The notes under the pieces are model-generated. The model made no database searches and had not been told where the DNA came from. It was given only the letters and a program-made list of their open reading frames with translations. Shown here in pieces: positions 14,576 to 27,209 of a stretch of 64,000 nucleotides of DNA. Source of the stretch: Octopus sinensis (Eukaryota); NCBI RefSeq assembly GCF_006345805.1, contig NC_043004.1:33852001-33916000 (forward strand). The letters run 5' to 3'. The translations under genes were made by a program, and so were the position numbers. The stretch's first letter is position 1. Each line of letters starts with the position of its first letter.

Positions 14576-14710
14576 AATCAAAATAAGCAACAAGGATATC
14601 CTAGGTAGTGTAGTACAATCGTTCATGCTACTTCATTTTATTAAACACTGTAAGTAGCATCAAACGATTGTACTACACTACCATGGATATCCTTGTTGCT
14701 TATTATGATT
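14576..14710. repeat. Inverted repeat, about 58-bp arms with an 18-nt spacer (probable Penelope-like inverted junction)
   Basis: Arm aatcaaaataagcaacaaggatatcctaggtagtgtagtacaatcgttcatgctactt versus its near-exact reverse complement at 14652-14710. The Penelope assignment is inference. Confidence 0.85.
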
Positions 14711-14770
14711 TAATATATATATATATATATATATACATATACTTTATTTAAAAGCAGCAGAAATATAACA

Positions 14771-14816
14771 AAAGCTGTTACTCAGAGTTTCACGTTCACG
14801 TTTGTTGGACAGCTTT
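14771..14816 (-). ncRNA. Type I hammerhead ribozyme-like motif (decayed core)
   Basis: Minus strand AAAGCTGT-CCAACAA-ACGTGAACGT-GAAA-CTCTGAG-TA-ACAGCTTT: 8-bp stem I, stem II, GAAA, stem III, GUA triplet. The mirror copy at 14821-14853 keeps core CAGACGA. Confidence 0.55.
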
Positions 14817-14859
14817 GTCAAAAACTCTCAGACGAATAGGAACATGAAACTCTTGCAAA

Positions 14860-15250
14860 GACCTGTTGAGGTGAGTGAAATGAAATTCGATGACAGCGCT
14901 GCATGACTGGCATCTGTACTAGTGGAGCGCTAAGAATACCATCTGAGCGTGATCATTACCAGGGCTGCCGAGTGGCTCCTGTGCTTGTGGCACATAAAGC
15001 ATCATTCGAGTGTGATCGTTACCAGTGTCGCCTTACTGGCACTTGTGCCGGTGACACATGAAAGACAGACAACATTTGAGAGAGGTCATTGCCAGTGCTG
15101 CTGGACTGGCTCCTGTGCAGGTGGCACGTAAAAGCACCCGCTCCACTCTCGGAGTGGTTGACATTAGGAAGGGCATCCCATTGTAGAAACTCTGCCAGAT
15201 CAGATTGGATCCTGGTGCAGCCATCTGGCTTGCCAGCCCTCAGTCAGGAT
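14860..15250 (+). mobile_element. Repeat family D (RTE-tail type)
   Basis: gtggcacgtaaaagcacc...ctctcggagtggttgacattaggaagggcatcc...tgtagaaactctgccagatcag. Confidence 0.8.
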
Positions 15251-15884
15251 ATATGCCCAACTGCTGCCCACTAAGTTACAAGGACATAAACACAATAAAC
15301 ACCAGTTTTTAAGTGGTGGTGAAGGACAAACAGACACAAAAATGCGCACCCATAAATATATACATACATGCATTTGTATAAATATATACACATGTGTGTG
15401 AGTCATCTAAGGGACCATAAGTCAGGTAGAAAATGCACTTATATACCCTATATATTTCAGATAATAAATATATAGATTCCACCACAGATATAACAAAAGG
15501 AAACAATGTAAATATTTTGAGTTCCATTATTGATATAAATGTTAAAAACTGGTTTATCCTTTATGTTTGAAGTCAATGCTGTCATCTGATGAGAACGGTT
15601 TCTTTCAAATTAATGTAATGTTTTCATTGATCAATTAAAGGAGCCACTTGAAACGGCCATAATGTAATGATACCTTATTTATATTTTGTTCCCCTAACTT
15701 AGAATCTGCACTTTGGAACTACTACACAAAGTACCTTTATATAAAGGACGTGTCTGAATTACAAAGAGCAAACATCTTCACTTCACTGGGTTGCATTGTC
15801 TGCGACATGGTAGGAATATTAGGTACAAACACCCCTACATGGAGTCTTGATATTCAATATTCAATTAATATTTATTTCTTCATT

Positions 15885-16110
15885 GCCCACAGGAGCTAAA
15901 CATAGAGGGGGCAAATTAGAACAGACCAAGAGATTAAGTTGATTTCATCGACCCCAGTGCATAACTGGTACTTATTTAATTGAGCCCGAAAGAATGAAAG
16001 GCAAAGTCGATCTTGGTGGAATTTGAACTCAGAAGGAAATACCAGCAGACAAAATACAACTAAGCATTTTACCCTGTGTGCTAATGGTTCTGACAGCTTG
16101 CAGCCCTTAT
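15885..16110 (-). mobile_element. SINE family A
   Basis: atcgaccccagtgcataactggtactt...gaaaggcaaagtcgatcttggtggaatttgaactcagaa. Confidence 0.85.
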
Positions 16111-16209
16111 TCAAATACTATTGTTGGGGTGTGCAGCTTATACTGAACTAGCATGGTGCCTCAGTTTAAGTACCTAATTCAAATGAACCTTAGTTATATA
16201 TATATATGT

Positions 16210-16335
16210 ATGACAGGCTTCTTTCAGTTTCTGTCTACCAAATCCACAAATAAGGCTTTTGTTAGCCTGAGGCTATAGTAGAAGGCATTTGCTGAGGGTG
16301 CCATGCCATAGGACTGAACACAGAACCATGTGATT
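16210..16335 (-). mobile_element. SINE family B head/core fragment
   Basis: aggcttctttcagtttctgtctaccaaatccac...ggactgaacacagaaccatgtg. Confidence 0.75.
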
Positions 16336-16419
16336 AAGGAAATATGTATGTATGTATGTATGTGTGAGTGTGTGTGTGTCTTTATTTATGTCTCTTCCTC
16401 TTTCTCTCTCTCTCTCTTT

Positions 16420-16480
<61 letters not shown>

Positions 16481-16637
16481 CACACACACACATACTTCCC
16501 ATGTACTTACACACCACACATGTATATATGCCCATGGGTTGCTCAGGACATTTCACTTGCATATGTCTCTGTTTAGACTGGAAGCTGAATATGTATCTAT
16601 TTGTAACTACCATCACAAGTACCTGTTTGTGTGTTCA

Positions 16638-16680
<43 letters not shown>

Positions 16681-17924
16681 AGGTATTTATGTATTTATAT
16701 ACACACACACACACACGCATATATAAGGGTGAAGTTTCATTATTATGAATACCAGTATAATGAACTTTTCTATAAAGGAATTTTTTTTGGTCAGTCTTTG
16801 GCCACAATCTCTTTGAAAGAATCGTGTTATAACAAAGCTCCTTGTAAGGAATATTTTGGTGCTACAAAACAAAACTGAATTGATAGCAACCAAAATACTT
16901 GGCTACAACAATAACAACAACAGCAACAACAAAAGAGAAAGAAAAAATACTTAAAAACTATTTTTAAGATCACCAATTCTGTAAAGTCAGACATGCAGAC
17001 ATTATGGGATATTGATTAGGGTATTGATAATAGATAGTTAGAAGTCTGGTCATCTTAACAGTGTGAAAAATGCTGTATTAACATGCAGCTGTGTCAGCTG
17101 AGTGCGCTAAATGCAAAATTGTTTTCTGTCTGTTTTGGGGTTTGTTTGTGTTCTTTATTTTTGTGATCGGAAATAGAAACCATCTCATTCACTTTCTTCT
17201 TTATGCATGCATTAAAAATATGCAAATTTTCTGTGGTCATATGAACATGTTAGCAAGGAACAAGAATTTATTCATCAATTTATCAAACATCACAAAGAAA
17301 GTTTGCAAACTGTGACCACCCTGTTTTTTTTTTGTTTTTTTTTCTTCTTTTTTTTTTATAGAATCAGAGATTTTTTTCAAATTTTCCAACCATGAAATAG
17401 AAAATTCTTTTTTTATAGATTTGAAAAGGTTATCACGTTAATAAGAACAAAAATGTTCTAAATAGTTTTCTACTTGAATAGAGATAATGCAAGTTAAAAT
17501 TAATAAAATTTAATTATATTTATGATAAAATAATTCAATATTTATTATTACAGTGTAAAACGGTTCAAAATGATAAATACAATTTATTAAGAACCAGTAA
17601 ATATTTCTCTTTCCCCGTATAAGAACTTATAGATCTGAATAGTTCAAAACAGATAGAGGTACATGATACAATGAAAGACTTTATTCTATGTTTCCTTGAT
17701 CTAAGGTAAAAATGACATTAGAACAATTGATAGACAACTCCCAGTTGCTCAGATAACACATGAGCAGCAGGTATAATGCACTCTGCATAGAGTCCCTCAT
17801 CATTGAACATATAGTTGCCTCTCACTCTAGTCCTAGTTTCACTCAGTCTAAGAGGGTCTTAGTCTTGCAGCCATATTGACACGCCATTACTTTTAAATAT
17901 TTTAAAATTTGTTTCTTAATATTT

Positions 17925-18325
17925 ACTTTACTCTCTTTTACTCTTTTACTTGTTTCAGTCATTTGACTGCGGCCATGCTGGAGCACCACCTTTAATCGAG
18001 CAACTCGACCCCGGGACTTATTCTTTGTAAGCCCAGTACTTATTCTATCGGTCGCTTTTGCCGAACCACTAAGTAACGGGGACATAAACACACCAGCATA
18101 GGTTGTCAAGCAATGCTAGGGGGACAAACACAGACACACAAACACACACACATATATATATATGTATACATATATACGACGGGCTTCTTTCAGTTTCCGT
18201 CTACCAAATCCACTCACAAGGCATTGGTCGACCCGGGGCTATAGCAGAAGACACTTGCCCAAGATGCCACGCTGTGGGACTGAACCCGGAACCATGTGGT
18301 TGGTTAGCAAGCTACTTACCACATT
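17925..18325 (-). mobile_element. SINE family B, near-complete (tRNA-like head, CORE-like centre, internal microsatellite, tail)
   Basis: Minus strand gtggtaagtagcttgctaaccaaccacatggttccgggttcagtccc...cttgggcaagtgtcttc..., internal (TG)n, tail ending gactgaaacaagtaaaagag. Confidence 0.9.
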
Positions 18326-18974
18326 CATTTTGTGTGATATTTTCTCCATTTGAGTTGAAATTTGAATCTGAAAAAAGAGAAACAAGATGGGATAATAATT
18401 TTAAGACTCCTTCATTCCTTAAAATGTGAAAAAGAAATTTGGAATACATAAAGAAACCAGAATGGTTAAGGTAAGAAAATTTGAATGCAATAAAACTAAA
18501 TTTCCCTAGAAAAAATTATGGTATTTTCATACATGGAATATTTTTGTTTTCCATGGTCATCAATTTGTTCATCATCTCCTCCCACTATTTCTGGGAGAGT
18601 TGTGGGAATAAAATACTCAAGTACCTCCTCTGTAGGGTTTCTGGCTGGGTTTTAGGATACTGAGACTATGGATCTTATCCATCCCTGAAGTCTTTTAACA
18701 ATTGATTCAATCTGAAGAATCCATCTTGTGATTCTTTCCTGTGACATCTTATATGTCTGCAATACCAGAAAATACCAGAACTGTCACCTCTCAAGGCATC
18801 AACGTGGTGACCTGACCTGGAGAAACTCACTGATCTCCAAGCTTTGCATTCTGTAGAGTAACATTATTCAAGAGATTCTATCATCATAGTTAAAAAATTT
18901 GAAAAAGAATCAGATTCCGTAACAAAGGCAGGATGGTCACTAGTACAGGGCTGCCTGTTGATTCTATTCCATAA

Positions 18975-20125
18975 TATTCAGTCATCCCATAAATAATGCA
19001 GTTTTTTACACTTATTTCTTTTTTCAAATTTAAGATGGAAAACGTTTTTTTTTAATCTAAAATATACTCTCCTTCATTTTCTACAATGCCCTTCCATTTA
19101 TCTGGTAGACTTGGAAGGCCCCACTTCCAAAATGATACTCCTCAAGTACTGTTCTAACCTCCTCTACAGAATTCATATTTTTTCCATCCAAATTATTTTG
19201 AAGACTGCTGTATGTGGATGAGCATTATTCTGATGGAGGAACACCTTTCATCTTGAAACCAAAGATGGTAATTTTTTTCTTCTGACTTAAGCCACTCAAG
19301 TTGCTCACAGTAGATCTCCTTTGTTATTTGGTTTGGGTTTAAAGTTAAAAGTGGACTAAACCTTTCATATCCCACCAAACAGATAACAACACATTTCACG
19401 GGTGAAGACCTTTTTTTAGCATGGAGTGAAGGCGTTTCTCCTCTCCCTGCCCACACTCTTTCGCACTTTAAATTTTTATAGAGAACCCATTTCTCATCAG
19501 CAGTCACTATTCGGTCCAAAAAAGGTTCATTCCTGAGACATGACAGCAAAGAAGAGCACAAATTCACTCTCTGCACATGATTAAACTCAGAACCCATTGA
19601 CCCAATATGCTGACTTTTCCGATGGTGCGCAGGTGTCAATGAATGGTTGAATGACCAAATCCAAGCTTCTCCTCTAGTTCCCCAACAGTTACAGTAGGAT
19701 TTTGTTCCACCAGGGTTTGCAGGACATCCTCATCGAGCTCTACTGATCTTCCAGGATGAGGCTCGTCTTCTAGGCTGTAGCTTCTGGCTCAGAATTTCTA
19801 AAACCACTGTTGACACTAGCTTACACTTTTTGTCCAATCCCCATATACTGCATTAATATTCCTCTCACTTTCAGTTGCATTATTGCCTTTATTGAACTCA
19901 TAAAGCAAAATATGCCAAATATGTTCCTTTGTCACTTCTATTACAGCTTTGAAAAATAACTGTTAAAATCAAACTGCACTCTTCAAAACTTGCACCAAAT
20001 ATAAAACAAGATAAAATCACTACCTGCTTTTATAGCAGGGTGATGCAGGTAGTTTATCCCATCCCCCTCCAATTTTTACTTCATGCAATTAAAAAAAAAC
20101 GCATTATTTATGGGATAACCAAATA
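18975..20125 (-). mobile_element. Mariner element, second lineage, decayed
   Basis: TIRs tattcagtcatcccataaataatgcagttttt and aaaaacgcattatttatgggataaccaaata. ORF 19193-19639 has FLDRIVTADEKWVLY (mariner first catalytic Asp motif). Confidence 0.92.
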
Positions 20126-20573
20126 CTTGAAAATATTCAAATCTGAAGAGCTACTGAAACCAGAAATGGAAACAAACTTTGGATTTTACAAGTTTAAATG
20201 TAACATAAGATGAAAAAAAGGTAAAAAATACCAATATAATAGAAGCATTTTCTTCTCTATTTTTCCTCATCTTGTAGATTTTATAATTACTTGAATCGGC
20301 AGAACTATCAGTTAAACAATAAGAAGAAAAGTCATGAAAATGAACTCTGAATAAAGACAGAAACAAGTTCTTACTGCTGATCTCTGTTTTTCATTATAAA
20401 AGGTGATTTTTCTAAATGGAAAATTACTCACCTTTTGCATAATTCTTGAAGATAAAAAGACTGAAAGTAAAACATTATGAATGTTGTTATTATTATTGTT
20501 GCTGTTGTTATATTACAGCAGCAGCAGTAGTAGTAATAATAGTAGTAGTAGCAGTAGAAGTAATAGTAGTTGC

Positions 20574-20604
<31 letters not shown>

Positions 20605-21374
20605 ATCGTTTTTGTATTAGTTGTTGTTGCAGTTGTGGTTGTTGTTGTTGTTGTTGATGTTGCTACTTTTAATAAGTGTCTTCTCTTTCGTGGTTTGTGA
20701 AGTGTGGCCATTTAATATCAAGTTAAGTTGCATATATGCCTCTTCAGTCATTCTTCTGATACTAATTGACTAATTAATTAGCCAAGTAATCAAGGCACTG
20801 AGAGTAATTATTAAATAATTCGAGTGTAGAAATTCTCTGCAATCTTTTAGCATGCAAGAAATATTTTCCCTTGAGCTGTGGTATTAAAGCTATATGTATG
20901 CACACACACACACACACACCTGCGCATATTCAGATACACATGTACATACACATGCAAGTATAATTGTAAATTGCTGCTCTCACATATAATGACAAAAACA
21001 TAGCCACAAATACAAACACATGCTTGCTGATACACACATACTTCCACATGATAATTCAGCGAATATGACAGTTCACCCACACATCAGGAATAAAACAGGT
21101 TTCATGCAAAGCTATTGGAACTCATAATTATGAGATTCATAATGAGAATGTGTAATATTTCTGCATTGGTTGTTGTCGATTCCTCCAAATGGAAAATTAC
21201 TCAACACTTGTTTAGCTCAGCCCATGTTAAGCACAGCCATGAGCAAAGCTTGTTCTAGCTGTGATCATTCTAAGTTGTAAAGGTATAATGGAAGACATTG
21301 TTTAATAGATTAAGGGAGAATGGTACTAAGGAGAATCAGCTGCTATTTTATGCCTAGCAAATAATTATTTAGAT

Positions 21375-21572
21375 CAGAGGTTCTCAACCATGGCACTTAG
21401 GGCTTCATGTGGCCCTCAAGTATCCTTCTGGTGGCCCTTGACGGTTTTCTCTCTATAAATATAATAAAGTTTTCTATTTTGATTTGTTTTACTATTTTTT
21501 GGTGCCCCCCCCTCCCTACAAACCAGTTTTTTTTTTATCTGGCCTGAATATCAAAAAGGCTGAGAATCACTG
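21375..21572. mobile_element. hAT/Charlie-like MITE
   Basis: Termini cagaggttctcaacc and ggctgagaatcactg are inverted; flanks atttagat/gattaaat match 5 of 8. Confidence 0.65.
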
Positions 21573-21604
21573 GATTAAATACTCCCTTGATTATGTATTA
21601 ATCC

Positions 21605-21760
21605 TTTCTACTAAAGGCACAAGGCCTGAAATTTGGGAGGAAGGGGAACTAGTCGATTACATCTACCCCAGTGTTTCACTGGTACTTAAATTTATTGACT
21701 CTGCAAGGATGAAAAGCAAAGCCAACCTTGGTGGAATTTGAACTCAGAATGTAAAGCAAC
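21605..21760 (-). mobile_element. SINE family A
   Basis: aggcacaaggcctgaaattt...ggatgaaaagcaaagccaaccttggtggaatttgaactcagaatg. Confidence 0.8.
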
Positions 21761-21809
21761 TAACCAAGTCATCTTCAGAGACATGACATGAAAAACATCA
21801 TGTATGTAC

Positions 21810-22010
21810 TACGTAGATGTACATGCATAGCGAGTGACTTGATCTGAGATCATGTGCTGGAATGAAAACAATTGCAGCGTGGAAGGTGTTTATAAGCCAT
21901 TTAAGAAACGCACAAAAACCGTTAGATTCACTCAACATTTAAATTTAATTTGTCAAAATATTTTCGTCACTTTCAGGCCGCAACCTGTACACTGACAAAA
22001 CTTTGTGCTG
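21810..22010. mobile_element. Penelope-like repeat fragment (putative)
   Basis: Non-coding repeat-like block next to (TA)n; family assignment is from recognition only. Confidence 0.35.
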
Positions 22011-22082
22011 CCTCATATGTATATATATACACACACACACACACACACATATGTATATATATATACACAGACACAGACACAG

Positions 22083-22115
<33 letters not shown>

Positions 22116-22116
22116 G

Positions 22117-23100
22117 GCAGGGTGCGTAAGATATTCGAGGACAGATTTATGCTTATAAAAAAAAGAACAGATATATAATAACAGATATCAAAAGATGCTA
22201 TGAAGATAGGAATAAGCCTTCTTTTCTATAATGTTATTCAATAAAACCACCTTCAGCTTCAACAACTGCTTCTATATGAGATCTAAATCATATACATGCT
22301 AGAATCAATTGCTCCTGGTTCATTTTGGACATTACTCTGACTATGACAGTTTTCAAAGAATCTTTGGTGTTATGGTTGTATTTCACATGCAATAGTCCAA
22401 TGGATTGTGACCTAGGGAATTAGAAGGTCAAATGTTAGGGGTTATGTGATCATGAAAATTGTCAGCCATCCATTCCTGTGGTTCTAGAGCCATGTATGGT
22501 AGTGCAGAGTCTTAATGAAATGCATATGACCTTCCATTGCATACACTATCTAACCAATGCTTAACAATTATTTCCAGGACCTCAATGTAGGTGGTAGAGT
22601 TAACTCTAAGGCCATGTGGAAAGAAGTAAGAAGGCATCACATGTCCTTCATTGCTGACAACACCTAAAACCATGGTAGCTGTAGGAAATTTTGTATGCAT
22701 TACACTTGGAACTTCAGAAGGGTCTGCATATATCCATCCGTCATTTCTTCTGTTAACATTTTGATTGAAGTTTTTCTTGTTTGAGAAAAACCAAATCAAT
22801 TCTTCTGCTGGATTTTTCAGTTTGTTTAAGAGCCTTTTAGATCTAATTTTCTTTTGCTTTTTCGGACAAATTGACCTTTTCCCATCATATAAGACTTATA
22901 TCTAATGTCTTCATGGACAACATTTCTGGTTGTTCCTTCTGATACATGGAGATCTTTGGCAATTGACCTCATGGACGATCTGGGATTGTAATCAATGGTC
23001 TATTGAACTTGCTGGATAAATTCAGGTGTTCTGATGATTTCAGAGTATTTAGAATGTTTTTTATGCCTTGATACTAGTGATACGTTGCCATCTTCAGTCT
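22117..23100 (-). mobile_element. maT/DD37D-like Tc1/mariner transposase relic
   Basis: Minus-strand peptides WFFSNKKNFNQ..NRRNDGW..DPSEVPSVMHTKFPTATMVLGVVSNEGHVMP..EVLEIIVKHW, and upstream IRTPEFIQQVQ..SMRSIAKDLHVSEGT..VVHEDIRYKSY. Many frameshifts; only one TIR-like end (cagggtg) seen. Confidence 0.8.
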
Positions 23101-23179
23101 CTAGCTCCTTACATACATACATATGTAGCTCCATGCATACATATGTATGTATGCATGGATTTGTAGATCTAAACTAAAA

Positions 23180-23660
23180 GAAGCCTAAGAGCATGTGCAT
23201 GTGTGTGTGTGTGTGTGTGTGTGTTCATGTGTTTATGTATGCAGTGTGTGTGTGTGCATGCATGTGTGTGTATGTGTGCATATGTAAATGTGTGCAGTGT
23301 GTGTGAGCATGCATGTGTGAGCATGCATGTGTGTGCATGCATGTGTGCATGCATGTGTGTATGTGTGTAGTGTGTGTATGCATGTATGTGTGTGTATGTG
23401 TGCAGTGTGTGCATGCATGTGTGTGTGAATGTGTGAATGTGCACATGCATGTGTGTGCATATGTGTATGTGTGTGTGTGTCTGTGTGTGAATGTGTATGC
23501 ACATGTGTGTATGTGCATGTGTGTGTGTGTGAGCATGTGTGTGCTGCTGTGCATATGTGTATGTGTTCATGCATGTGTGTGCATGTGTGTATGTGTGCAG
23601 TGTGTGTGTGCATGCACGTGTGTGTATGTGCATGTGTATGTGTGTGTGTATGTGTGTACA
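23180..23660. repeat. (TG)n/(TGCA)-interrupted microsatellite
   Basis: Direct inspection. Confidence 0.95.
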
Positions 23661-24954
23661 CATGTCTTGACATAGGTTGATGGTTGAAAGTGAGTGTCTC
23701 TGCCATACAAGTGAGTAAGGTTACAGTGCTATAGCAGAAGACATTTGCCCCAAATGCTTCACAGTAAGATTGAACCAGGGACCATGTGGCTGGAAAGCAG
23801 ACTTCTTAACTACTCACCTACGTTTGCATCTCCTATAAAATTATGATGAGGTCTTAATTGAACTCTAAACACTTGAAATGGGGGGCTCTCTCATTATGGA
23901 CCCAGAGCAGCCACATGAGGTTTGTATCAAAGGGTTAACCAGATCTCACATGGTGCTAAACAATAATAGTCTTTGAAATTGGTTAACGGAAGCAAAACAT
24001 ATTTTTCCAATATGTATTAATATATGGTAAAGTGTAACAGAGAGAAAATTGATAAGAGCATGTTTGTTGCAAGGGGGAAAACGATCACTTTATTTATGTG
24101 CTATTAGCATATCATAATCAAAGAAAATTCTTTGCAACATACCTTTTCTTCGTCTCAGAGCTACTTACAAATATTTTTCAATACAAAATATCTTTTAGTA
24201 GGTCATTAAATAACATAGTTTAAGAATATTGTTTTTGTGTTATTTATTACTTACAATGTCTTATGGAATTAGAAGGAATAAAATGTACAAGAGACCACTT
24301 AACTACATCTGCTCCTCTATAACAAACATTTTTTTAACTCTCTGCCTTTTCTTCTATCTTGATGAAAGAGTCTGGCATTACTAAGAAAATGATACTGGAA
24401 TAACATAACATTTTAACAGTTCTTTTATATATCTTCTAATTTGAGGAAAAAAAAATTGTCAAAATATAAAGAAAATCTAAATTGGGGTTTTCTTTAGAAC
24501 CTAATCGTAAAGCTTTGATAATTCTTTCTATTTACCAAAATTGATTCACAATAATATTGCTTATATTTTTTTCACATTTCTGGGTATAAATCATTCTTAA
24601 TATATTAAACTACAAAAACAAACAAAAAACAAGTTTGGTGTTATATTTAAAAACATTTTTTAAAAAGTTTATTAGTTTTCCATTTACAAAATATCCTTGT
24701 TTTCTTTTGACAGAAATAATTCATAGACTAGATTCTTTGCCATATATATATGGGTGTGTGTATATACATATACACACACAAACATATAAATATATATATA
24801 CATATATGGACATATATATATATAAATTATAGAAAGAGAGAGAGAGAGAGAGAAGGCATACCTGATAATAATACATAGGTGTGCTGTACTCAGCTCTACT
24901 ATGGTGCCTTTGTTATTAAAATGCTTTGGTTCTATCAGATCCTGAAAATGGTTA

Positions 24955-25322
<368 letters not shown>

Positions 25323-25325
25323 TGT

Positions 25326-25620
25326 GGAGGTGCAATGGCCCAGTGGTTAGAGCAGCGGACTCGCGGTTTTGATTCCCAGACCGTGTGTTGTGAGTGTTTA
25401 TTGTGCGAAAACACCTAAAGCTCCACGTGGCTCTGGCAGAGGATGGTGGCGATCCCTGCTGTACTTTTTCGCCACAGCTTTCTCTCACTCTTTCTTCTGT
25501 TTGCCTGCTCACTTAGCCAGCAGGGTGGTGTTATTTGAAAGCTAAAAACAATGCGAAGCGCATTGTGACCAGCAATGTGTAACAACATCTGATAGCCTGG
25601 TAGGTCACGGTGATCACGGT
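25326..25620 (+). mobile_element. tRNA-derived SINE family C
   Basis: A box tggcccagtggttag and B-box-like ggtttt-gattccc; homologous to 48129-48440 and 59689-59992. Confidence 0.9.
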
Positions 25621-25734
25621 GATATTTATATATATATATATATGTATATATATTATTTATATTATTATATGACTGAACACTATGCATCCTCTTCCGAGTA
25701 AGTTTTATATATATATATATATATATAGGGGTGG

Positions 25735-25920
25735 GGGGATAATTCACAAAAGAAAAACAAAAGACGAAGACAGTTGGTGTAGATAACAAACAGATGTATT
25801 AGTATAGTGCTTGGGAAGTGAAAAAGTCTTTAACGTTTAAGGCCTACACTCTTCCACAGAAAGGAACACAGAAAGAAACAAGGAGAGAAAATAAAGAATG
25901 TGTAGTGGCTAGCGATCTGT
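25735..25920 (-). mobile_element. Penelope-like repeat fragment
   Basis: Reverse-complement homolog of 37040-37230; carries a hammerhead-like motif. Penelope assignment is inference. Confidence 0.55.
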
Positions 25921-26506
25921 AACGCATGAAATATCTTTTAAAGACAAAGCATTTAAAATGACAAATAAGATGGAAACTGGTGCCCCCCTGCTTTATATCT
26001 TCCTTGATAGTACAAACTACAAAAACTAACACAATATAGTTATGAATCTAGTATAGTACGAAGCAGTTAGTGATGTAAACAGTAGTGTGGTGTAAGAGTT
26101 AGGCTAGGAAATTATAATTTTCTGATGTAAATAATGTCATAGAAGCATATAATGAATTTAGGAAGTAATATTGATATTCTCATTCCATTTCAGAAATGGA
26201 ATATCAATTTAGATCTTGACAGAATCACACAATCTTTCTATTATAGTAGTAGACATGCTTGAATTTGTTTTATTTTTATTTCTTTATCATCTTGGTTTCT
26301 CTCAGGTTCGGTCTTATTCCTGGTAGGGATTATGTAGATAACAGTTTGCTACCTATAACCTTAGGTGTCCACAAGTTTCCAGCTGTCTTTCAAGTTCTTA
26401 CAACTCTCATGATAATCCTGGCTATCTTTAAGAGATAAATTTTCTGTAGGAGCTCTAATGGGGCATTCTATTTCAATCTCCTTCAACCAGTTGTCTGTAT
26501 CTTTGC

Positions 26507-26558
<52 letters not shown>

Positions 26559-26576
26559 TATTATTATTATTATTAT

Positions 26577-27150
26577 TGCCTTTGCACAGCTTCTAACATT
26601 GGAGATGTACTACAGTGTTAGCTGTTCACTACCAGTGAACTAAGGTAACACTTCTTATTTTATGAGCAGCTTCTGGAGTATTTGCGCGGTTCCAAGCAGT
26701 GTTGTTTCCTGCAAGTGCTCCACCCTTATTGCAGTCCCTATTTGTTCCATGTACTTCTCAAGATTTTTTCTCACTGTTCCCAAGGCTCTGACAATTATTG
26801 GTACTACTGCTACCTTTTTCAATGATCCCAACTGCTTAACTTCCCAAGCTAACCTGTCATATCTCTCAACTTTTCTTTCTTCATTATCACATACCTTGTT
26901 GTTAGCTGGGCATGCTATGTCTATGATCCAGCATAGATTGCTTTCTTTCTCAATTAAGACTATCTCCAGCTTCCTATTCTCTATCTCATGGTCACACTGA
27001 ATCATAAAATCCCATAGGATTTTTGCATCTCTATTTTCGACGATGCCTTCAAATTTGTGGTCATACCACTTTTTAGCTCTGTCAAGTCTATACTTGTTGC
27101 AAAGTGTCCAATCGACAAGCCAGACTATATTGTCATTGAGTCACTTATAT
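26577..27150 (-). mobile_element. R4/Dong-type non-LTR retrotransposon, 5'-truncated 3' end (restriction-like endonuclease)
   Basis: ILWDFMIQCDHEIENRK.EIVLIEKESNLCWIIDIACP...VVPIIVRALGTV; 3' UTR ends agaagctgtgcaaaggc followed by (aat)n; (TAA)n on both sides. Confidence 0.88.
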
Positions 27151-27153
27151 TCC

Positions 27154-27207
<54 letters not shown>

Positions 27208-27209
<2 letters not shown>

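Noticed and set aside
19193-19639. Active mariner transposase
   Set aside because: Only a fragment is open; frameshifts and stops occur elsewhere, and the element is shorter than the usual ~1.3 kb
20143-20175. CTGAAGA-gctact-GAAAC hammerhead-like core
   Set aside because: No UH triplet or stem I partner follows the putative stem III
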